A DNA stretch of 64,000 nt, from assembly GCA_963793865.1 (NCBI GenBank), contig CAWCBP010000001.1, forward strand, positions 480,001-544,000, in the 5' to 3' direction. The notes beneath the pieces are model-generated. The model ran no database searches, was not told the origin of the DNA, and saw only the letters and a list, made by a program, of their open reading frames with translations. Position numbers and translations under genes: made by a program. The first letter of the stretch is position 1. Every line of letters starts with the position of its first letter. Shown in pieces: positions 42,381 to 53,926 of the stretch. Source of the DNA: an uncultured delta proteobacterium (lineage in GTDB: Bacteria; Desulfobacterota; WTBG01).

Positions 42381-43729
42381 ATGCCCAGGGAATATGATCT
42401 GGTGGTGGTCGGCGCGGGGCCTGCCGGTTTGATGGCCGCCAAAACAGCAGCCGAACACGGGCTGAGCGTGGCCCTGATCGAGCGGAAAGAGCACATTACT
42501 GATATCAACCGTGCCTGCAGCATGATGGTGGTGACCCTGACCGGGAAATATCTGGAGGAGCGGGTACGCTTAAACAGCCGGGACAGGAAGCTTTGCTTCC
42601 CGGGATACGGTTTTACCGTCAACTATGACGGCCCCCACCGTGACTTTTACACCTGGGCCATATACTCCCACCGGGGCAACAAAATTCAGCTCGGCAACTA
42701 TGAAGAGAACGAGCGCAAGGGCGAGAGCGGCAGGGTGAGCGCGACGTACGATAAGGGGGCGCTGCTGCGCTGCCTCCTGGAGGAGGCCCGCGCCCTGAAG
42801 GTTGATGTCTACAACCCGTATAATGTAATCCGGACCGATCTGCAGGGAGGCAGGGTGACGGTTTTCACCCGCGAGGGAAGATCCTTCAGGGGCACCTTCG
42901 TCATCGCCGCCGACGGTCGCGCCTCCAGAATAGCCCACACCCTGGGCTGCAACCGGGATCGGAAGTATTTCGGCACTGCGGTGACCCTGGGGTATGAAAT
43001 GGTGGGGGTAAAGCCGCCGGAAAAATTTGCCCTCTTCCAGATATTTCTCGACGAGACACCTTCCAAGCGGGTGTGGATGACGCCGCGGACGACGAAGGAC
43101 ACCTACTTCGTCATGACCACCTCGCTCACCCCCGGCGCAGACCTCGCGGGCGCCTTTGAGCGGTTTTCGAAAAAGGGTTTTTTCGCGCTCCTGGTTCGAA
43201 AAGGCAGAGATAAAGCGCACCCTGACTTCCGCGGGCAACGCGCTCTCACACATAGTCGATCCCTACAAGGACCAGGTGCTGCTTGTCTCCGACGCGGTGT
43301 GGTGCCAGGAGGCGGAGATGACCGGGGCGGTCATCAGCGGCTGGAAGGCGGCCAGCTGCCGTCAGCTTCGCCCTGGCCGATGGAAAGATATCGCGGGAAG
43401 GGGTTTCATCCTACCTCCGCTGGTGGAAAGAAGAGGTGCTGGATAAATACGATTACCGGAGCATGATGCGCAATGCCGTGCTTCCCCTCCGGCTCACCCC
43501 TGACGAGATTGACTTCGTGCTGAGCCTGGTTAAAAAATCACTGCCCAGCATCCTTGATCCTTATGAGACCCCCAAGCTGGTCGGCGGCGCCCTGGCGGAG
43601 ATAATGCCGGCCGTTGCCAAACAGCGGCCCGCCATTCATCAGAAGCTTGCAGGGATGCGCAATGTGCCGCTGGCCGCCGTTTTTGACGGATGCATCAGGG
43701 CGGGCTTCCCCATGCAGGCCCGCGGCTAG
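42381..43729 (+). CDS. Second geranylgeranyl-reductase-family FAD oxidoreductase (frameshifts near 43188 and 43357)
   Basis: GAGPAG, NRACS, IAADG and LLVSDA, spread over three frames; paralog of 37289. Confidence 0.72.
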
Positions 43730-43825
43730 CCGCCCCACTGCGGCGATAATCCGGGACGAGCAGTCAGCGGGGTGCAGCACAATGCCTGCCACACCCCGCC
43801 TTTCATTTTCCCCGCCCTTTCCACA

Positions 43826-45557
43826 ATGATGCGCAATGAGCATGACTCCTCCGCTGAAAAGAAAAAAATAATTCCGGCACGGCTGCCGGAGGGAATGTAC
43901 CAGGCATTGGAAGCATGTCGTTGGCAAGGAGTGGATTTCCCGCGACCGGGCGGTTCTGGAAACCTACAGCAAGCTCTCGCTCGACGCGGAAGGGTTTTTA
44001 AAGAAGCACGCCCGGAACGGCTCAAGCATTCCCGCCTGCGTGGTGCTGCCGGGCGGCACCGATGAAGTGCGGTCCGTGGTGAGGATCGCCCGGCGATACC
44101 GGGTTCCCGTCATACCCTTCACCAACGGCCAGATGATGAGCGCCCCCACCTTTCCCGTTCCCATGCTCTGCATTCACCTGAGCCGGATGAACCGGGTGCT
44201 GGCCATCGATGAGCAGCTCATGACGGCCACGCTTGAACCCTATGCGGACTACGGGCAGCTTCTGGCCGAGGCTGCAAAAGTGGGGCTCTGGAATGGAGGG
44301 ACGCCGCTGGCAACCACCCTGTGCAAGCTTTCGTCCCAGGTGGCCTTTGCGGGCATCTGGCAGACCAGCAAGAAATACGGCCTGCTGGACAGAAACATCG
44401 TGGACATAAAGCTGGTGCTGCCCACGGGTGAAATCATGAGCACCGGTTCCCCCGCGGTTGCGGGCGTTGACCGCGTATGGGAGAGCGGACCGGGCCCTGA
44501 CCTCACCGGGGTGGTGCGCGCCAGCGCCGGGACCACCGGCATCATTACCGAGGTGACCGTCAAGCTGCACACCTGGGTCGGCGGGGAGCTGATGCCGGAA
44601 CCGCGGGCGGGAAGGCCCTGCATTCCCTGCTATGCCGATGAGCGCTACGACCATGCCCCCGCGCCGCCCCGGCACCGCATCCACTGGATAGAGTTTCCCG
44701 ACTGCGAATCCGAAATCAGGGCATACCGGGCCATCGCCCACGCGGGCATCGGCATCGGGCTCAATGCCTCGGGGGTGTATTCCTCCTATTACTGCTCCCC
44801 AACCCAGAAAATGACCGAGGAGCGGGCGACGGGCAATTTTTTCCCCGCCTTCAACCTCTATGTCATCTGCGCGGGCATCGTATCAGAGGGCCAGCTGGCC
44901 TATGAGGAAAAGGTGCTCAGGGAGATAGCGGAAGAGCAGGGCGGCAGGTTTCTCTCCCGCGACCATAAGCCGGAGGTGCTGCAGGCGCTCGCCCCGTGGA
45001 ACCTGGACTGCATCAGGAATGTCTGCGGCTATCGCATGAACCGGCGCATGTACGCGGGCGGGAGCCTTCCCGCGGGTCCGCCCGAGGTGGCCCTCTATCA
45101 CAGCCGGCTCTGGCGTGAAGTGCTCGAGCGCTTCGGTGAGACGCACGTCACCGACCGCGGAGGGGCGGAAACGACCCCCTTTGTGTACGGCATAGAGCCG
45201 GCGGGGCGCTACACCCTCTCGGAGACGGATATCTACCCGGATCCGATGGACCCTCATTCGCTGGAACAATGCGTCGCCATTACCATGTACAGCGCGGTTA
45301 AAAATGGCGCCGAGCGGCACTGCGCGCCCTTCGGCTTCGGCGGTCCGGCTGAACCATTGGTCACCTTTTTCCCCGAGCAGGGTCCCAATGTCCATCTCCT
45401 GCTGAGAAAATTAAGAAAGGTCTTTGACCCACAGGGCATCTGCAGCCCCGGCAGGCAGGTGCTTACCGAGGAAGAGCTCAAGGAATATCCGGCGGAGGCG
45501 GTTGCCAGACTGAATGAACTGCGGAAGTTTTTTAACATGGGCACGATTGAAAGGTAA
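43826..45557 (+). CDS. VAO/PCMH-family FAD-linked oxidoreductase 1 (frameshift near 43916; start uncertain)
   Basis: PACVVLPGGTDEV, LSRMNRV, GPDL...GTTGIITE and FDPQGI..PG; close paralog of 47348. Confidence 0.8.
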
Positions 45558-45696
45558 ATCCGAAGCACGAAATCCCTGAGATATGGGATATGCGATTTGT
45601 GATATGGGCTGAAAAATATTTTTTAATCCCAAATCACAGATCTCACATCACACATCAGTATGTAGTTTCGGATTTCGATATTCGGATTTCGGATTT
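45556..45696. repeat. Nested heptamer-periodic inverted-repeat element
   Basis: Outer arms AAATCCG-AAGCACG-AAATCC / TTTCGGA-TTTCGAT-ATTCGGA-TTTCGGA. Inner arms GAGATAT-GGGATAT-GCGATTT-GTGATAT / ATCCCAA-ATCACAG-ATCTCAC-ATCACAC. Confidence 0.75.
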
Positions 45697-45774
45697 GAGT
45701 ATCGGGGGTTGCCCAGCCTGCTGTTGAATTACGTGTTACGGGACTCACATGACCAAGCCTGAAAACTGCCTCCT

Positions 45775-45811
45775 ATTAGTGCTTGACTAATGAGGGCTGA
45801 TTCACTATAGA
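45775..45811 (+). promoter_or_regulatory. Possible internal sigma-70 promoter with overlapping operator palindrome
   Basis: TTGACT-N17-TATAGA; ATTAGT-N5-ACTAAT overlaps the -35. Confidence 0.45.
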
Positions 45812-45844
45812 TACCCAATCGGAATACATCAAGGAGAACCGTAT

Positions 45845-47317
45845 ATGGCGCTGACACGGAAACAGCTGGTGGATATTTTTGGCGATAAGCGGGTTATGGA
45901 CGATGCCGCAACGCTTGAGGCATATTCCCATGATCAGTCCTTTGCGCCGAAACGCATGCCTGATTTTGTGGTGTTCCCCGGGACGGTCGAGGAAGTGCAG
46001 CGGGTGGTGAGGCTGGCCAATGAGACCCGGACCCCGCTCATTCCCTACAGCTCGGGATTGAATTTTCATGGCGCGGCCCTCCCCGACCACGGCGGGATAA
46101 TCGTCAACCTTTCGCGCATGAACAGGATCATTCAGATCGATGAAGAGAACTGGTCCGCGGTAATTGAACCGGGGGTTACCTATGCGCAGCTCCAGGCCGC
46201 CCTGATGGAAAAGGGATTCCGGGTGATGATTCCATTCGGCGTGCCCCCCGGGCGTTCCGTGCTTACCAGCTTCCTGGAACGGGATCCGGTCATGGCGGCG
46301 CCCAGCTTTGAATCGGGCAATTTTCTCATCATGGACACCGAGATGGTGCTTCCCGACGGCGAGCTGTTTAAAACCGGCACATGGTGCGCGGGGGGCGCTC
46401 CGGGAGGACCGCTGGGCCCGGTGAGAAACGTCATCTTCCGCCTCTGGACCGGCGCTCAGGGCACACTCGGCATCATGACCAAGATGAATGTCAAGATTGA
46501 GCCTTTTATCAAGGAACGGAAGATGTATTTCTTAAGCTTCAACGCGCTGGCTGATGCACGTGAGCCTTTGAAAAGGATACAGCGGAGGGAAATCGGCCTG
46601 GAGTGCTTTCTCCTGAACCGGTTTAACCTGGCTTCCCTCGTGAGCCATGAGTGGGCGGTGCCGGATACATTCCCCGCCGCACCCAAACCTTCCGAGAGCT
46701 TTGAACGATACCGGGGCATTCTCCCGGCCTGGGTGCTGGCACTCTGTATTATCGGTGCGCCCAGACATCCCGAGGAAAAGATTGCCTATGAGACAGAGGC
46801 ATTACAAGAGGTGTGTCACGGTCTTAATGTCGAAGTTAAAGAAACCATTCCCCAGGTGAGCGGGTTGAGCCGGCTGATGCTCAACGAGATTCTTTATCCC
46901 TGGGGTATTCTCAAGAAATTCAATTACCGGGGATCGGTGCACAGCCTGAGCTTTAAATGCTCGCTGGGGTCGCTGGCGGAGATGGAAGAGATTGTGCGGA
47001 ACGAGTGCGAAGCGGCCGGTTACAGCGTATCTGCTTTCGGCGGTTACCTGCTCCCGCTGGAACGGGGCAGGGCGGTGCACTGTGAGTTTGACCTCCACTG
47101 TGACCTGAAGAATGATCCGGAAGCCCGGAACGTTAAGAACCTCTGGACCGGGACCGCGCAGACACTGATCAACCACGGGGCATATTTTGACCGTCCTTAC
47201 GGGCCGTGGGCGGAAATGATCTATGGGCGGGCGGGTGAGTATACCACCAAGCTTCGGCAGATCAAGCAGGAGCTTGATCCCAACGGCATTCTCAACCCCG
47301 GAAAATTGTGCTTCTAA
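45845..47317 (+). CDS. VAO/PCMH-family FAD-linked oxidoreductase 2
   Basis: PDFVVFPGTVEEV, LSRMNRI, IEPGVT, GAQGTLGI and LDPNGILNPGKL. Confidence 0.82.
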   Translation: MALTRKQLVDIFGDKRVMDDAATLEAYSHDQSFAPKRMPDFVVFPGTVEEVQRVVRLANETRTPLIPYSSGLNFHGAALPDHGGIIVNLSRMNRIIQIDEENWSAVIEPGVTYAQLQAALMEKGFRVMIPFGVPPGRSVLTSFLERDPVMAAPSFESGNFLIMDTEMVLPDGELFKTGTWCAGGAPGGPLGPVRNVIFRLWTGAQGTLGIMTKMNVKIEPFIKERKMYFLSFNALADAREPLKRIQRREIGLECFLLNRFNLASLVSHEWAVPDTFPAAPKPSESFERYRGILPAWVLALCIIGAPRHPEEKIAYETEALQEVCHGLNVEVKETIPQVSGLSRLMLNEILYPWGILKKFNYRGSVHSLSFKCSLGSLAEMEEIVRNECEAAGYSVSAFGGYLLPLERGRAVHCEFDLHCDLKNDPEARNVKNLWTGTAQTLINHGAYFDRPYGPWAEMIYGRAGEYTTKLRQIKQELDPNGILNPGKLCF

Positions 47318-47347
47318 ATTCTGAAGGCTTGTAAGAAAGGATGATCT

Positions 47348-49060
47348 ATGTCAGAGCCCAAAGCAAAGGTAATCCCCAACAGGGTTTCACGGGAAGTCTT
47401 CCAGGCGCTGCAGGATGTGGTGGGCCCCGAGTGGATTTCGGAAGACCGTGCGGTTATTGAAACCTACAGCCGCTTTTCGGTGGACACCGGCGGCGTTTTG
47501 AGAAAGCACCAGCGGGACGCCACGATGATCCCCGCATGCATTGTCCTGCCGGGATCGACCGAAGAGGTGCAGGCGATCATGCGCATCGCCAACCGCTTCG
47601 GGGTTCAGGTCATTCCCTTTACCAACGGGATGATCGCTTTCAACGGGCCGACCACACCGCTTCCCACTATTTGTGTTCACGTGAGCAGGCTGAACCGCGT
47701 GCATATAGACGAGGAAAATCTCACCGCCACCCTGGAGGCTTATGGTGACTACGGACAGCTGCAGGCGGAAGCGATGAAGCGGGGTCTCTGGAACGGAGGA
47801 ACACCCCTCGCCACCACCCTCTGCAAATTATCCTCCCAGTCGGCATTCGCCGGCATCTGGCAGACCGATCTTAAGTACGGAACGCTCACCAGGAACATCG
47901 TGAGCATCAAGGTGGTGCTTCCTACCGGCGATATCCTGATAACCGGGTCGGACACCGTTTCAGGCACCAACTGTCTCTGGGAATACGGGCCCGGCCCGGA
48001 CCTGCTGAGCCTGGTGAGAGGCGGAGCGGGCACGACCGGCATTATCACCGAAATAAAAGTCAAGCTTCATTCCTGGACGGGGGGTGTCGAGCTGCCTGAA
48101 CCGCCTGCCGGCCGCCCCTCCATTCCCGACTACCATGATCCCCGATACGACACCGCCCCCCCTCCTGACCGGGTAAAGCTCCTCTGGGTTGAATTTCCCG
48201 ACTACGATTCGGAGGTCAAGGCGCTCCACGCGGTTGCCCAGTCGGGCATCGGCATGGGGCTTAATGCCACCGGGGTCTACAACTCATACTACTGCTCCCA
48301 GACCCAGGCCATGACCATGGAGAGGATTGCCGACAAGTTTTTCCCCCCATTCAACCTCTATGTGATCCTCTACGGCGTTACCTCGAAGGCGCAGATGGAG
48401 TACGAGGAGAAGGTGTTTCGCGAGATCATGGCGGAGCACAACGCCACTTTCCTCACCCCGGAGCACAAGGGGGATGTGCTGTACGCGCTCGCGCCCTGGA
48501 ACCTGGACTGCATCAGGCATGTGACCGGCTTCCGGATGAACCGCTTTTTTTACGGGGGTTCCGTCGTCCCCGGGGGATTGCTCAAGGACACCGCCTATAA
48601 AACAAGGGAAATCTGGGGGCGTACCGTTAACACCATGGGGGAAACCTTCATTACCGACCGGGGCGGCATCGATGACACGCCCTTTCTTTACGCAATCGAA
48701 CGGGGAAGCAGACACTGGCTGTCGGAGGCGGATGTGTATCCTGATCCGCTTGACCCGGAGAAGCTCAACCGGGCGCGGGGTCTCACCGTTGCCGCGGTGG
48801 CTGATTTTGTCTCGCAGAAATACCCTGCCATCGGAATCGGCGTGGCCATTGAACCGCTGACCACTTTTTTCCCCGAACACGGGCCCAATGTGCACCTGCT
48901 CTTCAGAAAACTGAGAAGGATTTTTGATCCCGGCAGCATTTGCGCGCCCGGCAGGCAGGTGTTCAGCGAGGAAGAGATGAAGGCTTTGCCGCAGGAGATG
49001 ATTGACGGCATTAACGGACTGCGCGCCCATTACAAAATGCCTCCGGTGGAGAGGAAGTAG
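47348..49060 (+). CDS. VAO/PCMH-family FAD-linked oxidoreductase 3
   Basis: PACIVLPGSTEEV, GPGPDL, GTTGIITE and FDPGSI..PG. Confidence 0.82.
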   Translation: MSEPKAKVIPNRVSREVFQALQDVVGPEWISEDRAVIETYSRFSVDTGGVLRKHQRDATMIPACIVLPGSTEEVQAIMRIANRFGVQVIPFTNGMIAFNGPTTPLPTICVHVSRLNRVHIDEENLTATLEAYGDYGQLQAEAMKRGLWNGGTPLATTLCKLSSQSAFAGIWQTDLKYGTLTRNIVSIKVVLPTGDILITGSDTVSGTNCLWEYGPGPDLLSLVRGGAGTTGIITEIKVKLHSWTGGVELPEPPAGRPSIPDYHDPRYDTAPPPDRVKLLWVEFPDYDSEVKALHAVAQSGIGMGLNATGVYNSYYCSQTQAMTMERIADKFFPPFNLYVILYGVTSKAQMEYEEKVFREIMAEHNATFLTPEHKGDVLYALAPWNLDCIRHVTGFRMNRFFYGGSVVPGGLLKDTAYKTREIWGRTVNTMGETFITDRGGIDDTPFLYAIERGSRHWLSEADVYPDPLDPEKLNRARGLTVAAVADFVSQKYPAIGIGVAIEPLTTFFPEHGPNVHLLFRKLRRIFDPGSICAPGRQVFSEEEMKALPQEMIDGINGLRAHYKMPPVERK

Positions 49061-49199
49061 CAGAGTACGGATTGCAGATTTCGGAATGCGGATTTTTGTC
49101 CTGTTGTAATTTGATGTTGCGTGATTCGTTTTTCGAGCATTTGAAATGCGGATGCTGAAGTCGTTTCAACCCGATGTTATCGAGCTGTTGCATGATTTC

Positions 49200-49249
49200 T
49201 TGTAAAGAATAAATTACAAAACAAGTTTTTTGTAAATTATTATTGACAG
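49200..49249. promoter_or_regulatory. Tandem operator-like inverted repeats upstream of the XRE regulator
   Basis: TTGTAA-N8-TTACAA and TTGTAA-N8-TGACAG, 30 bp apart. The second overlaps a TTGACA. Confidence 0.5.
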
Positions 49250-49334
49250 GAATAAAAGGCGGTGATAAGAACCCTCCTGATATGCTAATAAAAAGATAAC
49301 AAGCTAAGTTATTTTAAGATATTTTATAGCGCCC

Positions 49335-49910
49335 GTGGAAATAGATATAGGGTCTAAATTATTACGGTTGAGGAAGGAGCAGGGACAATCCCTACGGGCA
49401 TTGTCGACGCTGAGCGGCATCTCTGCTAATGCCATCAGCCTTATAGAGAGAAATAAAATCTCACCTACCATTTCCACCCTGACAAAATTGATTGTCACCC
49501 TCAATTCCAATCTTACCTTTTTATTCGAAAATCACAATACCAAGAATGCCATTTATTTGAAGCATAACAGCAATCCGCAGATAGTATCAAGGAACTCCAA
49601 GGTAAAGCTTGCAAGTCTCGGTAACGGTTTGCCCAATCAGAAAATAGAACCGGTAATCGCTACCTTTGATAAGGGAGCTAAAAGTGGAAGCAAAACCATT
49701 ACCCATCAGGGGAATGAGCTGGTTTATTGCCTTGAGGGCAGGATTAGATTTGAAGTTGATGGGCAGCACTATCTCCTGGAACCCGGTGACAGCCTTTTCT
49801 TTAACGGTACAAAACCCCACTGCTGGGAGAATGCAAGCAAAGGCAAATCAAGGGTATTGGCGGTCATGGCAACCAAACATTGGCTGCAAAAGGAGACTGC
49901 TGCCGGATAA
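49335..49910 (+). CDS. XRE-family HTH + cupin transcriptional regulator
   Basis: IGSKL..LR...SLRALS..SGIS...ISLIERNK.SP; cupin HQGNE...PH.WEN. Confidence 0.88.
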   Translation: MEIDIGSKLLRLRKEQGQSLRALSTLSGISANAISLIERNKISPTISTLTKLIVTLNSNLTFLFENHNTKNAIYLKHNSNPQIVSRNSKVKLASLGNGLPNQKIEPVIATFDKGAKSGSKTITHQGNELVYCLEGRIRFEVDGQHYLLEPGDSLFFNGTKPHCWENASKGKSRVLAVMATKHWLQKETAAG

Positions 49911-50113
49911 ACGCGACTGCACCGGTCATGCGCTCTTGCCTGAAAGGGCCTTAAACGCATGGGCTGTGTACATCGCGGGCCGGCAATTCCATTCTGCGTG
50001 ACCAATAAAACCTTGCAAGGGAACTTCTTGATACGCAACGATGCAATATTACTTTTAATCATTGCAGATAACCAAAGCCAGTAATCCAGTTTATACTATC
50101 CGGAGGATCCAGT

Positions 50114-51239
50114 ATGATTAACAATTATAAATTTTTTGTTATACTAGTCGTCTGCGCTTTGTTACCTTCAACACTCGGCTGCAAGCAGAAGAAGTCAACC
50201 TTTAAGGTTCCTCACATACCTTCCATTATCGGGGAAAATCTTACCAAGGTGGTCGCGTTTGATGAAGACAACATCCTCATAGCCGGTGACTACAGCTATC
50301 TGGCCACTACCGGCCAGGGCAGCCAGATCAGGTATGAAAACAGCAAAAAGGACTTCTGGACGGTTCAGAACACCGGCCTGTCGGGAGAGCTTATCTGCGA
50401 TATCAGTTTCCCCGACCGGCAGAACGGCTGGGCGGTGGGCATTCTGGGCAACGTCATACACACCTCGGACGGGGGTAAGACCTGGGAGCGGCAGGCAAGC
50501 GGCACCAAAAGGCATCTGTTTACCGTCCACTTTCCCGACAGCAACAACGGCTGGGCGGCGGGCGATGTGATGACCGTCATCCATACCGCTGACGGCGGAA
50601 AGACCTGGGAGCCCCAAACCGTGCAGCAGAGCACCGATGAGAATGTCTTTGCGGCGGAGGTAATTTACAACGGGGTATTCTTTCATGATGCCAATGAAGG
50701 GTGGCTGGTCGGGGAGTTCGGTTCCATCTATCACACCATGGATGGCGGCAAGAACTGGGAAAACCGTCCCTGTGAGGCTTTGGCGCCAAAGATGGCTGAG
50801 GATGAATGGGAGCTGCCGAAGCTGACCCTCTTTGACATCCGTTTTGCCGACAGGCAGCGGGGCTTCATTTTAGGTGTTGACGGGACCCTGCTTAAAACAG
50901 ACGATGGCGGCAAGGAGTGGAAAAAAATTGACAGCGCCTCCACCAACTCCCTCTTTTCCATCGCCATGGTAGGAGACAAGTGCTGGGCGGTGGGTGACCG
51001 GGGGGCCTACATCATGTCCGGCGACGGCGGAAACACCTGGACCAAGCAATGATGACGCCATTCACACCAAGGGCTGGCTTACGTCGGTTGCGTTTGTGAA
51101 TGAAACCGTGGGCTGGGTGGTTGGGAAGTCAGGAGCGGTCTTTAAAACCATTGACGGGGGCAAGACATTTGAATGGCTCTCGGGTGTCTCCTATGACTGG
51201 CCGGAATTTAAACCGCCCAAGGAGCTGGTTGGCGAGTAG
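50114..51239 (+). CDS. YCF48/BNR-repeat lipoprotein (frameshift near 51048)
   Basis: Lipobox LGC; repeated GWAVG...HTxDGGKTW motifs. Confidence 0.85.
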
Positions 51240-51300
51240 TTACTGTACCGTTACCGGTTAGGGTATTGTTGCCTGATTATTATTTAATAAGGGGAAGCTC

Positions 51301-53674
51301 ATGAAAAAGTTTGCTGATTTTGTAATTGAGAGAAGGGGACTGGTGCTCATCATTATGGGGCTGATAACGCTTTTCTTTGCATTCAATATGGTCAATTTGA
51401 AGGTGTATACCAAATTTGCCGACCTGTTGCCGCAGGGGCACGAGTATATAAAAACCTACAACGGGATCCGGGCCAAGTTCGGCGGCGCCAACACCGTGAC
51501 CATGATCTTCCAGGTGCGCAAGGGGGACATCTTCAATCCCGCCACCCTGAAAAAGATCCGGGAGATAACCGATGAGCTGTATTACCTCCCTGCGGTGGAC
51601 CGGTTTAAAATTACTTCGCTGGCGGTGAATACGGTGGTGGATATGAAACTCATCTCCGGCGGGTACGATTTTGTTCCCCTGATGTTTCCCAACGTGCCCA
51701 AAACCCAGGTGGAAGCGGACGAGTTGAAGGAGAAGGTATATGCCAGCGTTTTTTACGGCGGCCTGGTCTGGTTTGACAACAAAAAGACCCTGATCACCGC
51801 CGATTTCTTCGATGACGAGATTGACTACTCGGTGGTCTTCAAGGAGCTGATCAGGATTCAGAAGAAATACGAGGATGATAATCATATCCTGAGCATGGCC
51901 GGGGAGCCGCTGCACCTGGGATACATTAACAGCTACGTGGGCACCATCATGACCATCATGGGCATGACCCTGGTGGTGATGCTGGCGCTGTTTCTCTTCT
52001 ACTTCCGCTCGTTCCGGGGCATGGTGCTGCCGGTGTTGATGGCCATAATCAGCGGCATCTGGGGCATCGGGTTTCTGGTGCTGCTGGGCTACAGCCTGGA
52101 CCCGCTGGTGATGGTCTTTCCTTTCCTGGTTGCGGCCATGGCCGCCTGCCACTCGGTGCAGGTGATCAAGCGCTATATTGAAGAGTGCGGCATCACCAAG
52201 GATGTGAAGGCCTCGTGCAAGAAGGTGATCGAGGAGCTTTTCGTCCCGGGCTTTGTGAGCATCATCACCGACGCGACCGGGATCATGCTCATCGCGCTCA
52301 CCCCCATCAAGATCATGCAGATGATCACCATTGTCTGCACCTTCTGGTCCATCGTGACGGTTCTGATCGTCATGTGCCTTTTGCCGGCGATGCTTTCCTA
52401 TTTATCATTTCCCCATAAGTCAATTGCCCGGGCTGAAAAGAAGAGCAACCTTGACTTCGGGCTGATGCGCCTGGGGGCGTGGATTGCCCGGTGGGGCTGC
52501 TGGCCGATTCTGGCGGTCTTTTTGCTGCCTGTTTATCTTCGGCGCCTATTATGCCCGGACCATCCAGGTGGGAGACGCGGTACCCGGCTCCTCGCTGCTC
52601 TGGCCCTGGCACCGCTTCAACCGTGACGGATTCCGCATCTCCTTCGCCATGCCCATCTTAAGCCCGCTGCTGGTGGTGATGGAGGGTGAAAAATATCGCG
52701 ACCTGGTGAGCTGTCCGGGTAAACCCTACATGATGTGCGGGGACAACTTCAAGGAGATGGAACGCTTCGAGCGCTACATGAAGGAGACGCCGGGGAGGCT
52801 GGTGATGTTCACCCGCTCGGTGATCAGCACCTTTTCCGGGGCGGGCTGGCTGGCCCACGAGGGCGATCCCAACTGGTACTTCTTCCCGACCAATGACCGG
52901 GAGACCATCTACAGCTTCCGCAGGGTTACCGAGATGGGCACGCCCGGCACCGCCGACCGGTTCTGCGATCCCGGCGAGGACACGGCGGCCAACATCATCA
53001 TTTACTGCCGGGACAAGATGACCCCCACCATCAAGACGGTGATGGGCAGGATTAAGGAGTACATGGAGACGCGTTCCCAGCTGGCGCCTCCCATGCACTA
53101 CAAGCTCTGCGGAGGCGAGTTCGGGGTGCAGGCGGCCATCAATGAGATTATCGAGGAATACCAGTACACCACCGGAACCTGGGCGCTCATCCTCATTTTC
53201 GCCTTCTGCTGCATCTTTTACAAGAGCTTCATGGCCGGTATTATCCTCATTCTGCCGCTCATCGTGTCCAATTCCATTGCCTTCGCCATGATGGCCACCG
53301 GCTTTTTCTGGGCGATACCCACCCCGATCACCATTACCACCAGCACCCTGCCGGTCACCGCGGTGGGGATCGGGCTGGGGGTTGACTTCGGGGTGTACCT
53401 GTTGAGCCGGATCAAGGATGAGTACGGGCTGGTCCATGACCTGAGCAAGGCCATCGAGAACGCCATGCTCACCACCGGCAAGGCGGTGGTGTATTTGTCG
53501 ACCACCCTTACCGTGGGCATTTTCTTCTGGGTGATTTCGCCTTTGATGTTCCAGGCCATGATGGGGCTGTTTCTGGCCATCGTGCTGTTCCTGAACATGG
53601 TCGGGGCGCTGCTGCTGGTACCCAGCTTCGTGGTGTTGTTGAAGCCGAAGTTCATCACCGGGCAGGCAAAGTAA
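51301..53674 (+). CDS. MMPL/RND-family transporter (frameshift near 52528)
   Basis: Two repeats of periplasmic domain plus TM bundle; FGGAN, GIGLGVDFGVY and TTGKAV. Confidence 0.85.
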
Positions 53675-53926
53675 TTGTTCAGCAAATGTACCGAAGTTAA
53701 TCGTGATCTTGATATCCATTGCTGAGGTCGCCGATGCTTATTAGTAAAGGGGCGGGAATAAGATTGATCCATTGATTCCTTGCATCACTATGTTCTCAAA
53801 CGGTGATTGCAGCTTGAGCGCTTTAATTTTTTAATCATTTATTGACAAGAATTGGTAATGCTGGTAAAAAAGTCACAATGCTTAAAATAATTATATAAAC
53901 CTTTCTCAATGGACAAGGGGGGTATC

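Noticed and set aside
51040..51060. Selenocysteine or stop readthrough at TGATGA in the YCF48 gene
   Set aside because: Homology continues in a different frame, so this is a frameshift and not an in-frame TGA.
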